Source: an uncultured Clostridia bacterium (GTDB taxonomy: Bacteria; Bacillota; Clostridia; Christensenellales; Borkfalkiaceae). Taken from it: a stretch of 64,000 nt of DNA. A program made the translations under genes and the position numbers. A model generated the notes under the pieces. That model was not told where the DNA came from, did not search any database, and saw nothing but the letters and a program-made list of their open reading frames with translations. The number at the start of each line of letters is the position of its first letter. The stretch's first letter is position 1. The stretch lies in contig CATZIC010000001.1 of assembly GCA_958419945.1 (NCBI GenBank), positions 9,482 through 73,481 on the forward strand, written 5' to 3'. Below are positions 8,969 to 18,355 of this stretch, piece by piece.

Positions 8969-9800
8969 AGATACATTCCACCGTTTCGCCCGCAGGGGCT
9001 TTAAAGAGCTTTTTCTCCTTTTCAAACCAAACGGTAATGGCGCTTGGGTTGTAAACTTTTGTGGCGTCGACGGAAAATTCAAGGTTGTTAAATGCCGTTA
9101 CGTAGCGGTAGATTTCGCCGTTGGTGGCATAGTATACCTCCTTATTGTTGGCTACTTTTTTCACAAATTTTTCGATAAGAGACCAATTATCGTTTTCGTC
9201 GAACTCGTAACTATGCCCCCAAACGTAGAAAAGATAGGGTTCCCTTTCCTTTACAAAATCGTGTGGGAAGGTGTTTATAAACTTATCCGCCAAATCGAAA
9301 AGATCGGGGTCGGTGTGGTGGCAGGAGGGATTGAGTTCCAAAAAATCCTTAGGAATTTCAAAGCCGTGTGTCGAGACGGTGGTCCTTGCGTACTTTACGT
9401 TTATTAAAGAAAGATAGTCTTTGATGGTTTGTGAAAATGCGCCGTAAGGATAGGCAAAACCGCAGATTACTCTGTTAAAAATAGTTTCGAGTTCCCTTTT
9501 ATCACGCAAAACCTCGTCTAATCCACGCATAGCGTCGACCTTTGTCAAAAACAAATGTTTACTGCCGTGGGATGCGATTTCGTGATTACAATTACCGAAT
9601 AGTTCTATGGTGTCCTGCCTGTTCATTCTGCCGTGAGCGTTGTTTCCGAAAACGCCGGTATTTAGGTTGAAGGTGCATTTTAAACCGTTATCGTCAAACA
9701 GCTTCATGAGCCGTCTGTCGGCGGTAACACCGTCGTCGTAACTAAAGGTCAAAGCCTTTTCAAGCCCGTTTTCAAAACGCATAAAAACTTCGTTTTCCAT
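8967..9800 (-). CDS. Polysaccharide deacetylase (NodB homology, CE4 family)
   Basis: TFSYDDGVTADRRL and HEIASHGSKH motifs typical of CE4; no signal peptide. Confidence 0.8.
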   Translation of the reverse strand: MENEVFMRFENGLEKALTFSYDDGVTADRRLMKLFDDNGLKCTFNLNTGVFGNNAHGRMNRQDTIELFGNCNHEIASHGSKHLFLTKVDAMRGLDEVLRDKRELETIFNRVICGFAYPYGAFSQTIKDYLSLINVKYARTTVSTHGFEIPKDFLELNPSCHHTDPDLFDLADKFINTFPHDFVKEREPYLFYVWGHSYEFDENDNWSLIEKFVKKVANNKEVYYATNGEIYRYVTAFNNLEFSVDATKVYNPSAITVWFEKEKKLFKAPAGETVECI

Positions 9801-9952
9801 AAATTTAAAACCTCTTTATTAGTCAAATAAATTATATAACTTATGAGATTTATTGTAAAGCAAACTAAGGAATTATAAAGATTTTAAGCGGTATTAAGAG
9901 AAAAATAAGGCAATATCGTCGGTTTTTTGAATAACATTTTTAAAAAAGAATA

Positions 9953-9981
9953 TTGACAGATGTTTTTTTGTATGATATTAT
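9953..9981 (+). promoter_or_regulatory. Promoter of the AraC-family gene
   Basis: TTGACA (9953-9958), 17-nt spacer, TATTAT (9976-9981). Confidence 0.6.
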
Positions 9982-9998
9982 TTCTTTGAGGATCTATT

Positions 9999-10748
9999 AT
10001 GAACGATATTACATACGTAGGTAAACATCTTAGAACTTACAACGTATTAAAGCACAGCCACGACAGTTGGGAACTTATTTATTGTACCGACGGTTCGGGC
10101 AGGTTTTCATTCGAGGACGGAAGCTATCTTGACTATAAAAAGGGAGATCTTGTGTTGATTCCGCCTGAAATCGTGCATGAAAACACGAGTGAAACAGGAT
10201 TTACCAATATCCACCTTAACGTAGCAAACGGCACTTTCGCCTACACTACGCCTGCACTCGTAACAGATGATAGCGAAAAGCACGTTTTGGCGACCTTTGA
10301 GGACGTGTTTTACTTTTATCATAGCAATCTTAACAAAAGGCAGCTTATACTTTCGGCGCTTGGCAACCTTATCGCTAACTACGTAATCGCCTTCCGTTCA
10401 AACAAGCCGCTATCTAAACTTGTGGAAGAAATCAAGTCGGACATAGTTAAAAACTTCCCCGACCCCGAATACAGCCTTGAAGACTTTATGCACTCATTCC
10501 CGTTTAGCTACGATTATTTAAGAAAGCTTTTTAAGAGCGAGCTTGGAATGACGCCGCATAGTTACCTAATAGAAATGCGCATGCAGACTGCGGAAAAACT
10601 TTTAGTGGATATGAAACACAACGAATACAATATAAGCATGATAGCCGAGATGTGCGGCTACGTTGAGCCGTTATACTTTTCGAGGGTGTTTAAAAAGCAT
10701 TTCGGGTGTTCGCCGAGCGTTTATCTGGAAAGGAAAAATCCGCAATAA
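9999..10748 (+). CDS. AraC-family transcriptional regulator with an N-terminal cupin sensor domain
   Basis: C-terminal dual HTH (..HSYLIEMRMQTAEKLL.. and ..MCGYVEPLYFSRVFKKHFGCSPSVY). Divergent from the CE4 gene and adjacent to the pectinolytic genes. Confidence 0.88.
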   Translation: MNDITYVGKHLRTYNVLKHSHDSWELIYCTDGSGRFSFEDGSYLDYKKGDLVLIPPEIVHENTSETGFTNIHLNVANGTFAYTTPALVTDDSEKHVLATFEDVFYFYHSNLNKRQLILSALGNLIANYVIAFRSNKPLSKLVEEIKSDIVKNFPDPEYSLEDFMHSFPFSYDYLRKLFKSELGMTPHSYLIEMRMQTAEKLLVDMKHNEYNISMIAEMCGYVEPLYFSRVFKKHFGCSPSVYLERKNPQ

Positions 10749-10828
10749 CAGAACTATAGCCCCACTTTTGAGAATTATCTCGCTTGAGTGTCCGGATTGC
10801 CACAGCAATAAGATTTCTCGCAATGACG
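10747..10828 (+). repeat. Composite repeat M1 (10747-10779) + M2 (10791-10828; central hairpin degenerate)
   Basis: AACAGAACTATAGCCCCACTTTTGAGAATTATC..TCCGGATTGCCAC..TCGCAATGACG. Confidence 0.85.
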
Positions 10829-10844
10829 AAAATAAATAGTTAAA

Positions 10845-10868
10845 AACCGACCTATAGGCCGGTTTTTT
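10845..10868 (+). terminator. Terminator of the AraC gene
   Basis: AACCGACC-TATA-GGCCGGTT followed by TTTTTT. Confidence 0.65.
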
Positions 10869-10873
10869 GTTGT

Positions 10874-10903
10874 AAAAAATTGCCGTGAAAGAATTCACGG
10901 CAA
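10874..10903 (-). terminator. Terminator of the PL9-like gene (bidirectional)
   Basis: 11-bp stem ATTGCCGTGAA / TTCACGGCAAT flanked by an A-run and a T-run. Confidence 0.8.
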
Positions 10904-10922
10904 TTTTTATATTTTGGGTTAA

Positions 10923-13900
10923 TTAGCCCTGCGCGGAACAAGTGCAAGCACTTGCTTTAAGTTTTAGGTATGGTGCAACGAGTCTGTCGGTGGAGCCTTC
11001 TTTATAGCAAAGTTCCCAAACCTCGGTATCGAATTCCATAGTGGAAGTTATAATGCTCTTACCGAACTGTCCCTGGAACATGCTTTCGGAGTAAGCGGTT
11101 ACACCGAAGTCAGTGTTGTATTCTTCTATAATGGAACCGCACTTGGAGACGGTTGCGCCGGTTGCGGCAAAGTTACCTATAATACCGGAAATGTTCTTTT
11201 GCGCTACGTCAACCTTCATATTGGCAAAGTATGCAGTGCTTCTTGAGAAGCAGCCGGTAACGTTCAGTTTGCCACCGCCCTTATGGTAACCTAACATACC
11301 GCCCATTCTCGAGCTTGAACCTGTACCGACTAAAACAGAAGTGGTGTAGCAGTTTCTGATTTCGAGTTCGAAGTTAAGGTCGGTAGTAGCGCCCTTGGAA
11401 TCGTCGTATTCTGCAACGATACCGCCTACGCTGTAGCTGGTTGCCCAGGTATAAACGTTTGTGAAGCAGTTAGATACCCTTACTATAACGTCGGTTTCGG
11501 GTGCGGAAGAGGGCTGAATGAAGCCGATAAGACTACTTGCCCTTGTGCCGTTTGCTTTAACGTAGTAACCGTTCGTTTCGTCAATTAGTCTTCCGTTTTC
11601 GCCTATTTCGGGCATATCGTTAACAACGTTTACTTTAGAAACGATAGTAGGAACGCTGCTTTCGAAGATCTGACCGATGAAGGCGCCTGTACGCTGACCG
11701 CCGGTAACACGTACGTTATGAACGTTAATGTTTTCCAAAGTTCCGCCGTAAACGGTGGAAATGATACCGTTCTTTTGACCGCTGCCGTTATCGATTACGA
11801 TATTTTCAAAGTTGATGTCGGCAATCGTGCCGCCTTCAACCTTATTAAACAATCCTGCGCCCTTTACGGTTACGTTTTTAACGGTGTGGCCGTTACCGAC
11901 AAGGTAACCGTCGAAGGATTCGGAGCCTACCTGCCAGGTAATATCTGTGAAATCAAGGCATTTTGTTAAGCTATAAATGGTCTTGGAAACCGTTTCTTCG
12001 CCTATCTTTTGGCCTGCTGCAACCTTCATGAAGGCTTCTTCCGTATCAACGTCCATCATAGCGATTTCGTCGTGGTAAATTTCGGAAGTAATCTCTCCAC
12101 GCATATTTGCGAGTGCGTAATATACGTTGTAGCCGCTTTCGTTGCTGTTTGAGAACTGGAAGTTTATAGCGTCGCTTGTAAAGGAGTAAACTTCGACGTT
12201 TTCTAAAGTCTTAATGTTTTCTTTGGTAACTTCCAAAGCGTCCTTAGAAGATACTGCGTAGATATAGCCCGTTACGTTGGAAAGGTTGCCGGCTATCATA
12301 TAACCTTCACGATTTACTGTAACCTCGGCAGGTTCGGTAAAGTCAACCTTTGCAATCGTGCTTGCTACGTAAATGTAGTAGTCGTAGGTTTTAACTTCCT
12401 TGCTGGAATTAAGGGTTACCTTGTGGGTAATATGCCATACACCTGCGTTGTTCGGAGTGAACTCTCTTACTTCAACGAAGTTAGATAGCTTGGAAGTTGC
12501 GTATTCGTAAGTCACTTCATCGGTAAACTGACTGCCTTTAACGAATTGAGATCCGCTGTAGTTTGCGCCGTTTACAACCTGAATTTCAGGCTCGGTTGCG
12601 ATTGCGTAATGGTTTACGATAAAGCTGTCGCCGGAATAGATATTTTTGCCTTTTACTTTAACGAAGATATCGCCGATTCTCGGTTCATCCATTTTAACGG
12701 TTAAGTCAAACTTTTTGGTTACGGACTTGCCGTTTGCGGTTATCCTTGCGGAAAGTGTTGCGGTTTTGTCTTCGTTTACGTCGCGTTTAACGGTTACGTA
12801 ACTGAATTTTGTTCCGGAAGCACTGTAAAGTTCCTTTTCCTTTTCGTTAACTTCCATAACGGAAGTATCGGATGACGTCCATTCAATAGTAACGTCTTTC
12901 ATGTTTGCGGGAACCCAAAAATCTTGATATACGGCAGCTTGGTTGCAAGCAATGGTAAGAATGTCGCTTGCGGCCTTTAAGATTGCGTCCGTTTCGGTTT
13001 CGCATGCCGCATAATTGTGGTCAAGCGCTAAATGAGGATATTCTTCGTAACTTGCTTTGTTTAAAGTAGCACCGATGGTCAAGCCGTCGATGGGCTGAGT
13101 TTTAACAGCAAGTATGTTGCCAAGGTTGATAGAACCGTCGGCATTACGATATTTTAAGTGAATCCTTTCTGCCCCTTTCGCGAAATCCTTAACACCCGTC
13201 ATATTGTAGGTGGAAGTCTTATGGTCAATGGGAAGAAGAAGGAAAGCCTCTTCGTTAAGTGCTTTTACCTTTTTGCCGTTTATACCGGACTTTGTGTCTG
13301 CGTCGAGTGCGCCAACGATTTCATAAGAGTCGGAACCCATTCTCAAAACGCTGTTTTGAACGGAAGCACGGTATGCGTCGTTTGTAACGGAAGTTGCAGA
13401 CGAGGACTTAACAGACAAAACTTTGTCAATATTGTTGTAACTGTAGGTCTGACGGGCTAAGTCAATGTTTGCGCCGCCGAGGTCGCTGCTTTCCTTTACA
13501 ATATTGCCGCTTGCATCGATTGCTCTGTTATTATCGTAGGAAGTAACGTTTGTCAAGGAAATAACGCCGGGGTTGGAGTTATCGGTTACACCGTGATATT
13601 TGTTGCCAAATGCAAGGCAGTTATTTAAAACTACGTCGCCTTCCATAACCGAACCGCCGAGTTTGAAGCCGTTGCCGTCGCCGTCACGGGTGTTGAAGGA
13701 AGCGGTATTTGCTTCGTCGTAATCCTTATTATAGGTGGGGAATTTTGCGTTGCATTCCGCTTGAGAATATTCAAGGAAACCGTTTTCAAAAGCAACGCTG
13801 TTGTAAATGATTACGCTGCCGATATTGCCGGAATCTACTTTTGCATATAAATCCCAACCGTCGTCGGAGTTTCTATACGCCATGCAGCCGTCGAATACGT

Positions 13901-14585
13901 TGCCGTAGCCTACGGTTAGTTTTGCGGCAAAGCCGTCTGCGTTTTCACCGTAAGTTTCGTTGTCGTAGTTGTTGTGAGAGGTGCAGTTTTTAATCAGGTT
14001 ATAGCTGGGCCAATCTTCGATGGAAGTAAGTTCGCCGTTGCTTCTGCCGAGCTGTAGACCGGAGTCTCTGTTGTCGTAGAATTCGCAGTTTTCAACGATA
14101 TTGTAACTTCCGCCGATATAAAGGCCGTTATCGCCTGCGCCGCAAACGTCTATATCGTTCCAATGAATGTAGTTACCTTCAATGGAAACGCCACGGTTTG
14201 TGGAACTGAAAATCTGTTTATAAAAACTTAAAGTTGCCTGTTCGGTATCACTGTCGTTTTCGATAGTGATGTAGGAATTGTAACTGCCGCTGACCTTTAA
14301 AATAATACGAGTGCCGATGTCATAAACGCCGGGTAAAACCTTTACGGTGTCACCCGCTTTTAATTCACCGTTGTTTAATAACGTAATAATGTCATAAGGC
14401 ATATTGCGGTTGCCGACTTCACCCTTTTGCCCGTAAGTTGCATCGGGGGAAACGTAATAAACGTTGGCTTCTTGGGCGTTTGCCGCCGTAGGAGCGGCAA
14501 GCATTGCTACGCCAAAAAGTGCGGTTACGGCAAGGGCAAAAACTACAATCAAGGATAAAATCTTGTTTTTGAACATTTTTTTCAT
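10923..14585 (-). CDS. Secreted multidomain pectate lyase-like protein. It has a right-handed beta-helix (PL9-like), Ig-like spacer domains and a C-terminal GLUG-motif region.
   Basis: Signal peptide. Motifs ..GENADGFAAKL.. and ..CMAYRNSDDGWDLY.. are typical of PL9/pectate-lyase beta-helices. C-terminal segments ..GLFNKVEGGTI.., ..VGGIVAEY.. and ..MGGMLGYHKGG.. look GLUG-like. Confidence 0.7.
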   Translation of the reverse strand: MKKMFKNKILSLIVVFALAVTALFGVAMLAAPTAANAQEANVYYVSPDATYGQKGEVGNRNMPYDIITLLNNGELKAGDTVKVLPGVYDIGTRIILKVSGSYNSYITIENDSDTEQATLSFYKQIFSSTNRGVSIEGNYIHWNDIDVCGAGDNGLYIGGSYNIVENCEFYDNRDSGLQLGRSNGELTSIEDWPSYNLIKNCTSHNNYDNETYGENADGFAAKLTVGYGNVFDGCMAYRNSDDGWDLYAKVDSGNIGSVIIYNSVAFENGFLEYSQAECNAKFPTYNKDYDEANTASFNTRDGDGNGFKLGGSVMEGDVVLNNCLAFGNKYHGVTDNSNPGVISLTNVTSYDNNRAIDASGNIVKESSDLGGANIDLARQTYSYNNIDKVLSVKSSSATSVTNDAYRASVQNSVLRMGSDSYEIVGALDADTKSGINGKKVKALNEEAFLLLPIDHKTSTYNMTGVKDFAKGAERIHLKYRNADGSINLGNILAVKTQPIDGLTIGATLNKASYEEYPHLALDHNYAACETETDAILKAASDILTIACNQAAVYQDFWVPANMKDVTIEWTSSDTSVMEVNEKEKELYSASGTKFSYVTVKRDVNEDKTATLSARITANGKSVTKKFDLTVKMDEPRIGDIFVKVKGKNIYSGDSFIVNHYAIATEPEIQVVNGANYSGSQFVKGSQFTDEVTYEYATSKLSNFVEVREFTPNNAGVWHITHKVTLNSSKEVKTYDYYIYVASTIAKVDFTEPAEVTVNREGYMIAGNLSNVTGYIYAVSSKDALEVTKENIKTLENVEVYSFTSDAINFQFSNSNESGYNVYYALANMRGEITSEIYHDEIAMMDVDTEEAFMKVAAGQKIGEETVSKTIYSLTKCLDFTDITWQVGSESFDGYLVGNGHTVKNVTVKGAGLFNKVEGGTIADINFENIVIDNGSGQKNGIISTVYGGTLENINVHNVRVTGGQRTGAFIGQIFESSVPTIVSKVNVVNDMPEIGENGRLIDETNGYYVKANGTRASSLIGFIQPSSAPETDVIVRVSNCFTNVYTWATSYSVGGIVAEYDDSKGATTDLNFELEIRNCYTTSVLVGTGSSSRMGGMLGYHKGGGKLNVTGCFSRSTAYFANMKVDVAQKNISGIIGNFAATGATVSKCGSIIEEYNTDFGVTAYSESMFQGQFGKSIITSTMEFDTEVWELCYKEGSTDRLVAPYLKLKASACTCSAQG

Positions 14586-14600
14586 ATCTCTATCCCCCTA

Positions 14601-17078
14601 TTAGTGATTGTCCGTCATGGAGATTGCGTTGACACGCATACCCCTTCCGGTTACGCCTGTCATAGAGCAAATTGTGTATGTGCCGGGCTGGGTGATTTCG
14701 AAGGATACCGTAACGAAAGTGGTACCCTGTACTTCGTAAGCGCCTGCTTCGGCATCGGTTACCGCGGCCGCAGTAGTTTCTTTTGCAACTAACATTGCGC
14801 CTGTGCTGTCCTTAACTGCGAGCCTTGAGTTGTTGCTTCCGCCTGTGGAAGCAAATGCTACCGTCAAAGTACCCGTGCCCTGGAAGGTTACGGATAACGT
14901 ACCTTTCTTAAGTTCGAAGCATCCGCCGGAAGAAGTTCTGTATTGGTCGCTGCCACCGAGGCTGCCGCCGAGTGTTAAGAATGCGTTTGCGCCGGTGAAG
15001 TAATCTGCTTTAAGTGCAGTTTTATCTGTGGGTGTTGCGCCAAGGGCTGCGGTCATAGAATCAACAAGTTCTTGCATACTGAAGTTGAAGGTGTCAACTG
15101 TTGCCTGCACCGGTGAATCTATCATAGAGATTGCGTTAATGCGCATGCCTCTACCGGTTACGCCTGTCTTAGAGCAAATGGTATATGTGCCGGGAGTTGT
15201 GATTTCGAAGGTTACCGGTACGAAAGTGGTACCCTGTACTTCGTAAGAACCGTCTTCAACGCCGTCTGCTACTAAAGTTGCCGTGGTTTCTTTAGCGGGA
15301 ACGATTGCGCCTGTTCCGTCTAAAAGTGCAAGTCTTGACTTGTTGCTTCCGCCTGTGGAGGCAAACGCTACCGTCAAAGTACCGGTGTTTTGGAAGGTTA
15401 CGGATAACGTACCTTTCTTAAGTTCGAAGCATCCGCCGGAAGAAGTTCTGTATTGGTCGCTGCCACCGAGGCTACCACCGAGTGTTAAAAATGCGTTTGC
15501 GCCTGTAAAGTAACCTGCAGTGAGTGCAGTCTTATCAGCAGGGGCTGCGCCGAGGGCTGCCGTCATAGTGTCAACAAGTTCTTGCATACTGAATGTGTTT
15601 TCGATAACACTTGCTTGAGCCGGAGCGTCGGTCATAGAGATTGCGTTGATACGCATGCCTCTGCCGGTTACGCCCGTCATGGAGCAGATTGTGTATGTGC
15701 CGGGAGCGGTAATTTCGAAGGTTACGGGAACGAAAGAGGTACCCTGTACTTCGTAAGAACCGTCTTCAACGCCGTCTGCTACTAAAGTTGCCGTGGTTTC
15801 TTTAGCGGGAACGATTGCGCCTGTTCCGTCTAAAAGTGCAAGTCTTGACTTGTTGCTTCCGCCTGTGGAGGCAAACGCTACCGTCAAAGTACCGGTGTTT
15901 TGGAAGGTTACGGATAACGTACCTTTCTTAAGTTCGAAGCATCCGCCGGAAGAAGTTCTATACTGGTCGCTGCCACCGAGGCTTCCGCCGAGGGTTAAGA
16001 ATGCGTTTGCGCCTGTGAAGTATTCCGCTTTAAGTGCAGTTTTGTCTGCGGGAGCTGCGCCAAGGGCTGCGGTCATAGCTTCGATAAGTTCTGGCATGCT
16101 GAAGTTATTAACGATAGGTTCGGTAGAAGGAGCCTGTTTTTCGGTTACAGTGTAAGTAACTGTGGCTTCGGAAGTGGTTGCGGATTCCGATTTAGCATTC
16201 TTTTCCGTATAAGTGGCGGAAGCGGTAAGGTTTTCGCCTGCTACGGAAGTGTCCGGCTTAACGGTAAAGTCTACGTCCTTAGCGGAAACGGTTTTGGTCT
16301 TGCCGCTTTCGTAGGTTACCGTAAACTGCCAGGTTTCGGAAATTTCGTCGGAACCTTCTTCTTGAGTGGTCAAAGTGCCTTCTGCGGTTTCATCGAAGGT
16401 AAGGGTTAATACGTCGTCGAGAACGTAAACGGTTACGAAGGCTTTAAGTGTGTAGAAGGGTTGTACCGTAGAGGGTTTTTCCACCCAAATCTGGTATGCG
16501 CCGCCTTCGGTTATGGTTGCCTTGCCGCCCTCTAAGGCTACTTCTTCTTTACCTTTATAAAGGGAGGTGGTATAGCCGGTTGCAACGTCGTCTAAAAGGT
16601 TACCAAACTGGTCGGTCTGTTTTACCACTATAGCCGCCGTGTCGATTTCAACAGGGCTTGTTAAGTGATAAGTATCCTCTACGCCGTCCTTAAGCTGTAC
16701 TGAAATACCGTCGTATTCTCTTGAACCTACGGTTACGTCATAGGTTGCGGTTTTGGTTTCGCCGTCATAGGTATAGGATACCTTGATTGTGTATTTGCCG
16801 GGTTGGAATTTGTTGTAACTGTCCGAATTGACTTCGTATTCGGATGCGGAAAGGGTTTTTATAGTTGGCGTATTGGAGTTAGCCATTTTGATTTCCGCGG
16901 TTACTTTAATTCCGTCGGCGGTAAATTCTTCACCTGTGAAAAATTCCGTTTTGGCATTTTCCACGTCGACAGAAACCGATTGCAACTTCGAAACAGTGGT
17001 CGAAATACCGCATGCGCTTAACATCATCGTCATGGCAAATACGGCAAGGACCGCTATTATTACTGATTGCTTTCTCAT
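14601..17078 (-). CDS. Surface lipoprotein with N-terminal Ig-like domains and three tandem 170-aa repeats. A carbohydrate-binding role is putative.
   Basis: Lipobox MTMMLSAC|G and AAGGAG RBS. Lies 15 nt upstream of the PL9-like gene. The unit ..FSM.EL..MTAALGA.P.DKTAL.A.YFTGANAFLTLGG..SGGCFELKKGTLSVTF.. occurs three times. Confidence 0.8.
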   Translation of the reverse strand: MRKQSVIIAVLAVFAMTMMLSACGISTTVSKLQSVSVDVENAKTEFFTGEEFTADGIKVTAEIKMANSNTPTIKTLSASEYEVNSDSYNKFQPGKYTIKVSYTYDGETKTATYDVTVGSREYDGISVQLKDGVEDTYHLTSPVEIDTAAIVVKQTDQFGNLLDDVATGYTTSLYKGKEEVALEGGKATITEGGAYQIWVEKPSTVQPFYTLKAFVTVYVLDDVLTLTFDETAEGTLTTQEEGSDEISETWQFTVTYESGKTKTVSAKDVDFTVKPDTSVAGENLTASATYTEKNAKSESATTSEATVTYTVTEKQAPSTEPIVNNFSMPELIEAMTAALGAAPADKTALKAEYFTGANAFLTLGGSLGGSDQYRTSSGGCFELKKGTLSVTFQNTGTLTVAFASTGGSNKSRLALLDGTGAIVPAKETTATLVADGVEDGSYEVQGTSFVPVTFEITAPGTYTICSMTGVTGRGMRINAISMTDAPAQASVIENTFSMQELVDTMTAALGAAPADKTALTAGYFTGANAFLTLGGSLGGSDQYRTSSGGCFELKKGTLSVTFQNTGTLTVAFASTGGSNKSRLALLDGTGAIVPAKETTATLVADGVEDGSYEVQGTTFVPVTFEITTPGTYTICSKTGVTGRGMRINAISMIDSPVQATVDTFNFSMQELVDSMTAALGATPTDKTALKADYFTGANAFLTLGGSLGGSDQYRTSSGGCFELKKGTLSVTFQGTGTLTVAFASTGGSNNSRLAVKDSTGAMLVAKETTAAAVTDAEAGAYEVQGTTFVTVSFEITQPGTYTICSMTGVTGRGMRVNAISMTDNH
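14604..16110 (-). repeat. Three direct tandem repeats of 510 bp inside the lipoprotein gene
   Basis: Units 1 and 2 are near-identical; 15228-15449 equals 15738-15959 by eye. Unit 3 is more diverged. Plus-strand shadow ORFs 15283.. and 15793.. translate identically. Confidence 0.9.
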
Positions 17079-17179
17079 TTTCTTCTCCTTTACAATATTT
17101 TTTTAATTGTTATAATCTTTCCGATTGCTTTTTGCCGTTTAAGGCATTTTAAACTTTCGGTAATTACCTTAAAACGTAT

Positions 17180-17206
17180 GATAACGGGCTTATAGCCCTA
17201 CTTTTG
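17180..17206 (+). repeat. Repeat module M1
   Basis: GATAACGGGCTTATAGCCCTACTTTTG followed by a GT-rich M5-like tail. Confidence 0.85.
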
Positions 17207-17227
17207 TGAGGTTTTGAGTTTTAAATA

Positions 17228-18352
17228 CTATTTAGCAAACTTCCTAAGTTCGGCATAGCACATAACCAAGGGGGCTACGCCTTTTGCGTCGTTTTTGACG
17301 ACGGGTTCGGAAATATAGTATTCGTAAGTGCCGTCGCGCCGTAAATTGTCTTCGGGACCTAAGCCTGCAACGAGGCAGATTCCGCCGAGTTCTATATCGC
17401 CGCTATCTGTAACCTTTAAGTACCTATCGACAACCGATTCGTAAATCTTTTTGCCGATATTGCCGTATTCTTCGGGAACAACGCCAAGCCTTGCGCCCTT
17501 CATTAAAGCATAAGAAACCATTAAACTGCCGCTTGTTTCGGGGTAGTTGCCTTCCTTTTCAGGCTTGTCCACCACCTGATACAGCATGCCTGTTTTTTTG
17601 TCCACATATCCGCTTACGCCGACAAGCGCTTCTTTTAAGATTTTGCTGAGTTTTAAAACGGTTTGTCCGTCGTGGCAGAATTCGCATAAATCCGCCAAAG
17701 CAACCAAAAACCACCCGATAGAACGCAGCCAAAAACTTTTAGAAAGACCTTTCTCGTCCGCCCAAAAAGCGGTTTTGGAGCAGTCAACGCCGTGGTAATA
17801 CAACTTTTTATCTTCGTCGTACATAATGGCACGCACGTTTTCTATCTGGGTTAAAACGTCCTTATAATCGCAACCGCCGAAAGCAGTTAAATATCTGCAA
17901 TAAAAGGGTTGCGCCATGTAAATGCCGTCAAGCCAAATTTGATTTGGGTAAATCTTTTTGTGCCAGAAATTGCCTGTGTTTGTGCGGGGCTGATCTTTTA
18001 ATTGGTCGTAAAGATTGAAAATCGCCTTTTTATACTTTTCGTCGCCGGTGGCTCCGTAAAGGTCGAAAAGCACCCTGCCTTCGTTGATATCGTCGAGATT
18101 GAACTTTTGCTTGTCGTAGGTTTTTATACTTCCGTCATCTTCTACGTAGTAGTCTACGTAATTTTTGACGAAATTAAAGTACTTATTTTCGCCCGTAATG
18201 ATATAAAGCTCGTAAAGGGCGGACATCATGCAACCGTCAATGTAATTCCAGGACGGCTTTTTGCCCTTATTTATACTTTCAATGTTCCATAAAGGTCTTT
18301 CGGGCGTAGAATCGCTTATAAGTTTATCGATATAAGTTTGTATTCCGTACAT
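17228..18352 (-). CDS. Unsaturated rhamnogalacturonyl hydrolase (GH105, YteR/YesR-like)
   Basis: ..GNFWHKKIYPNQIWLDGIYMAQPF.. is characteristic of GH105/GH88; about 370 aa, cytoplasmic. Confidence 0.85.
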   Translation of the reverse strand: MYGIQTYIDKLISDSTPERPLWNIESINKGKKPSWNYIDGCMMSALYELYIITGENKYFNFVKNYVDYYVEDDGSIKTYDKQKFNLDDINEGRVLFDLYGATGDEKYKKAIFNLYDQLKDQPRTNTGNFWHKKIYPNQIWLDGIYMAQPFYCRYLTAFGGCDYKDVLTQIENVRAIMYDEDKKLYYHGVDCSKTAFWADEKGLSKSFWLRSIGWFLVALADLCEFCHDGQTVLKLSKILKEALVGVSGYVDKKTGMLYQVVDKPEKEGNYPETSGSLMVSYALMKGARLGVVPEEYGNIGKKIYESVVDRYLKVTDSGDIELGGICLVAGLGPEDNLRRDGTYEYYISEPVVKNDAKGVAPLVMCYAELRKFAK

Positions 18353-18355
18353 ACT

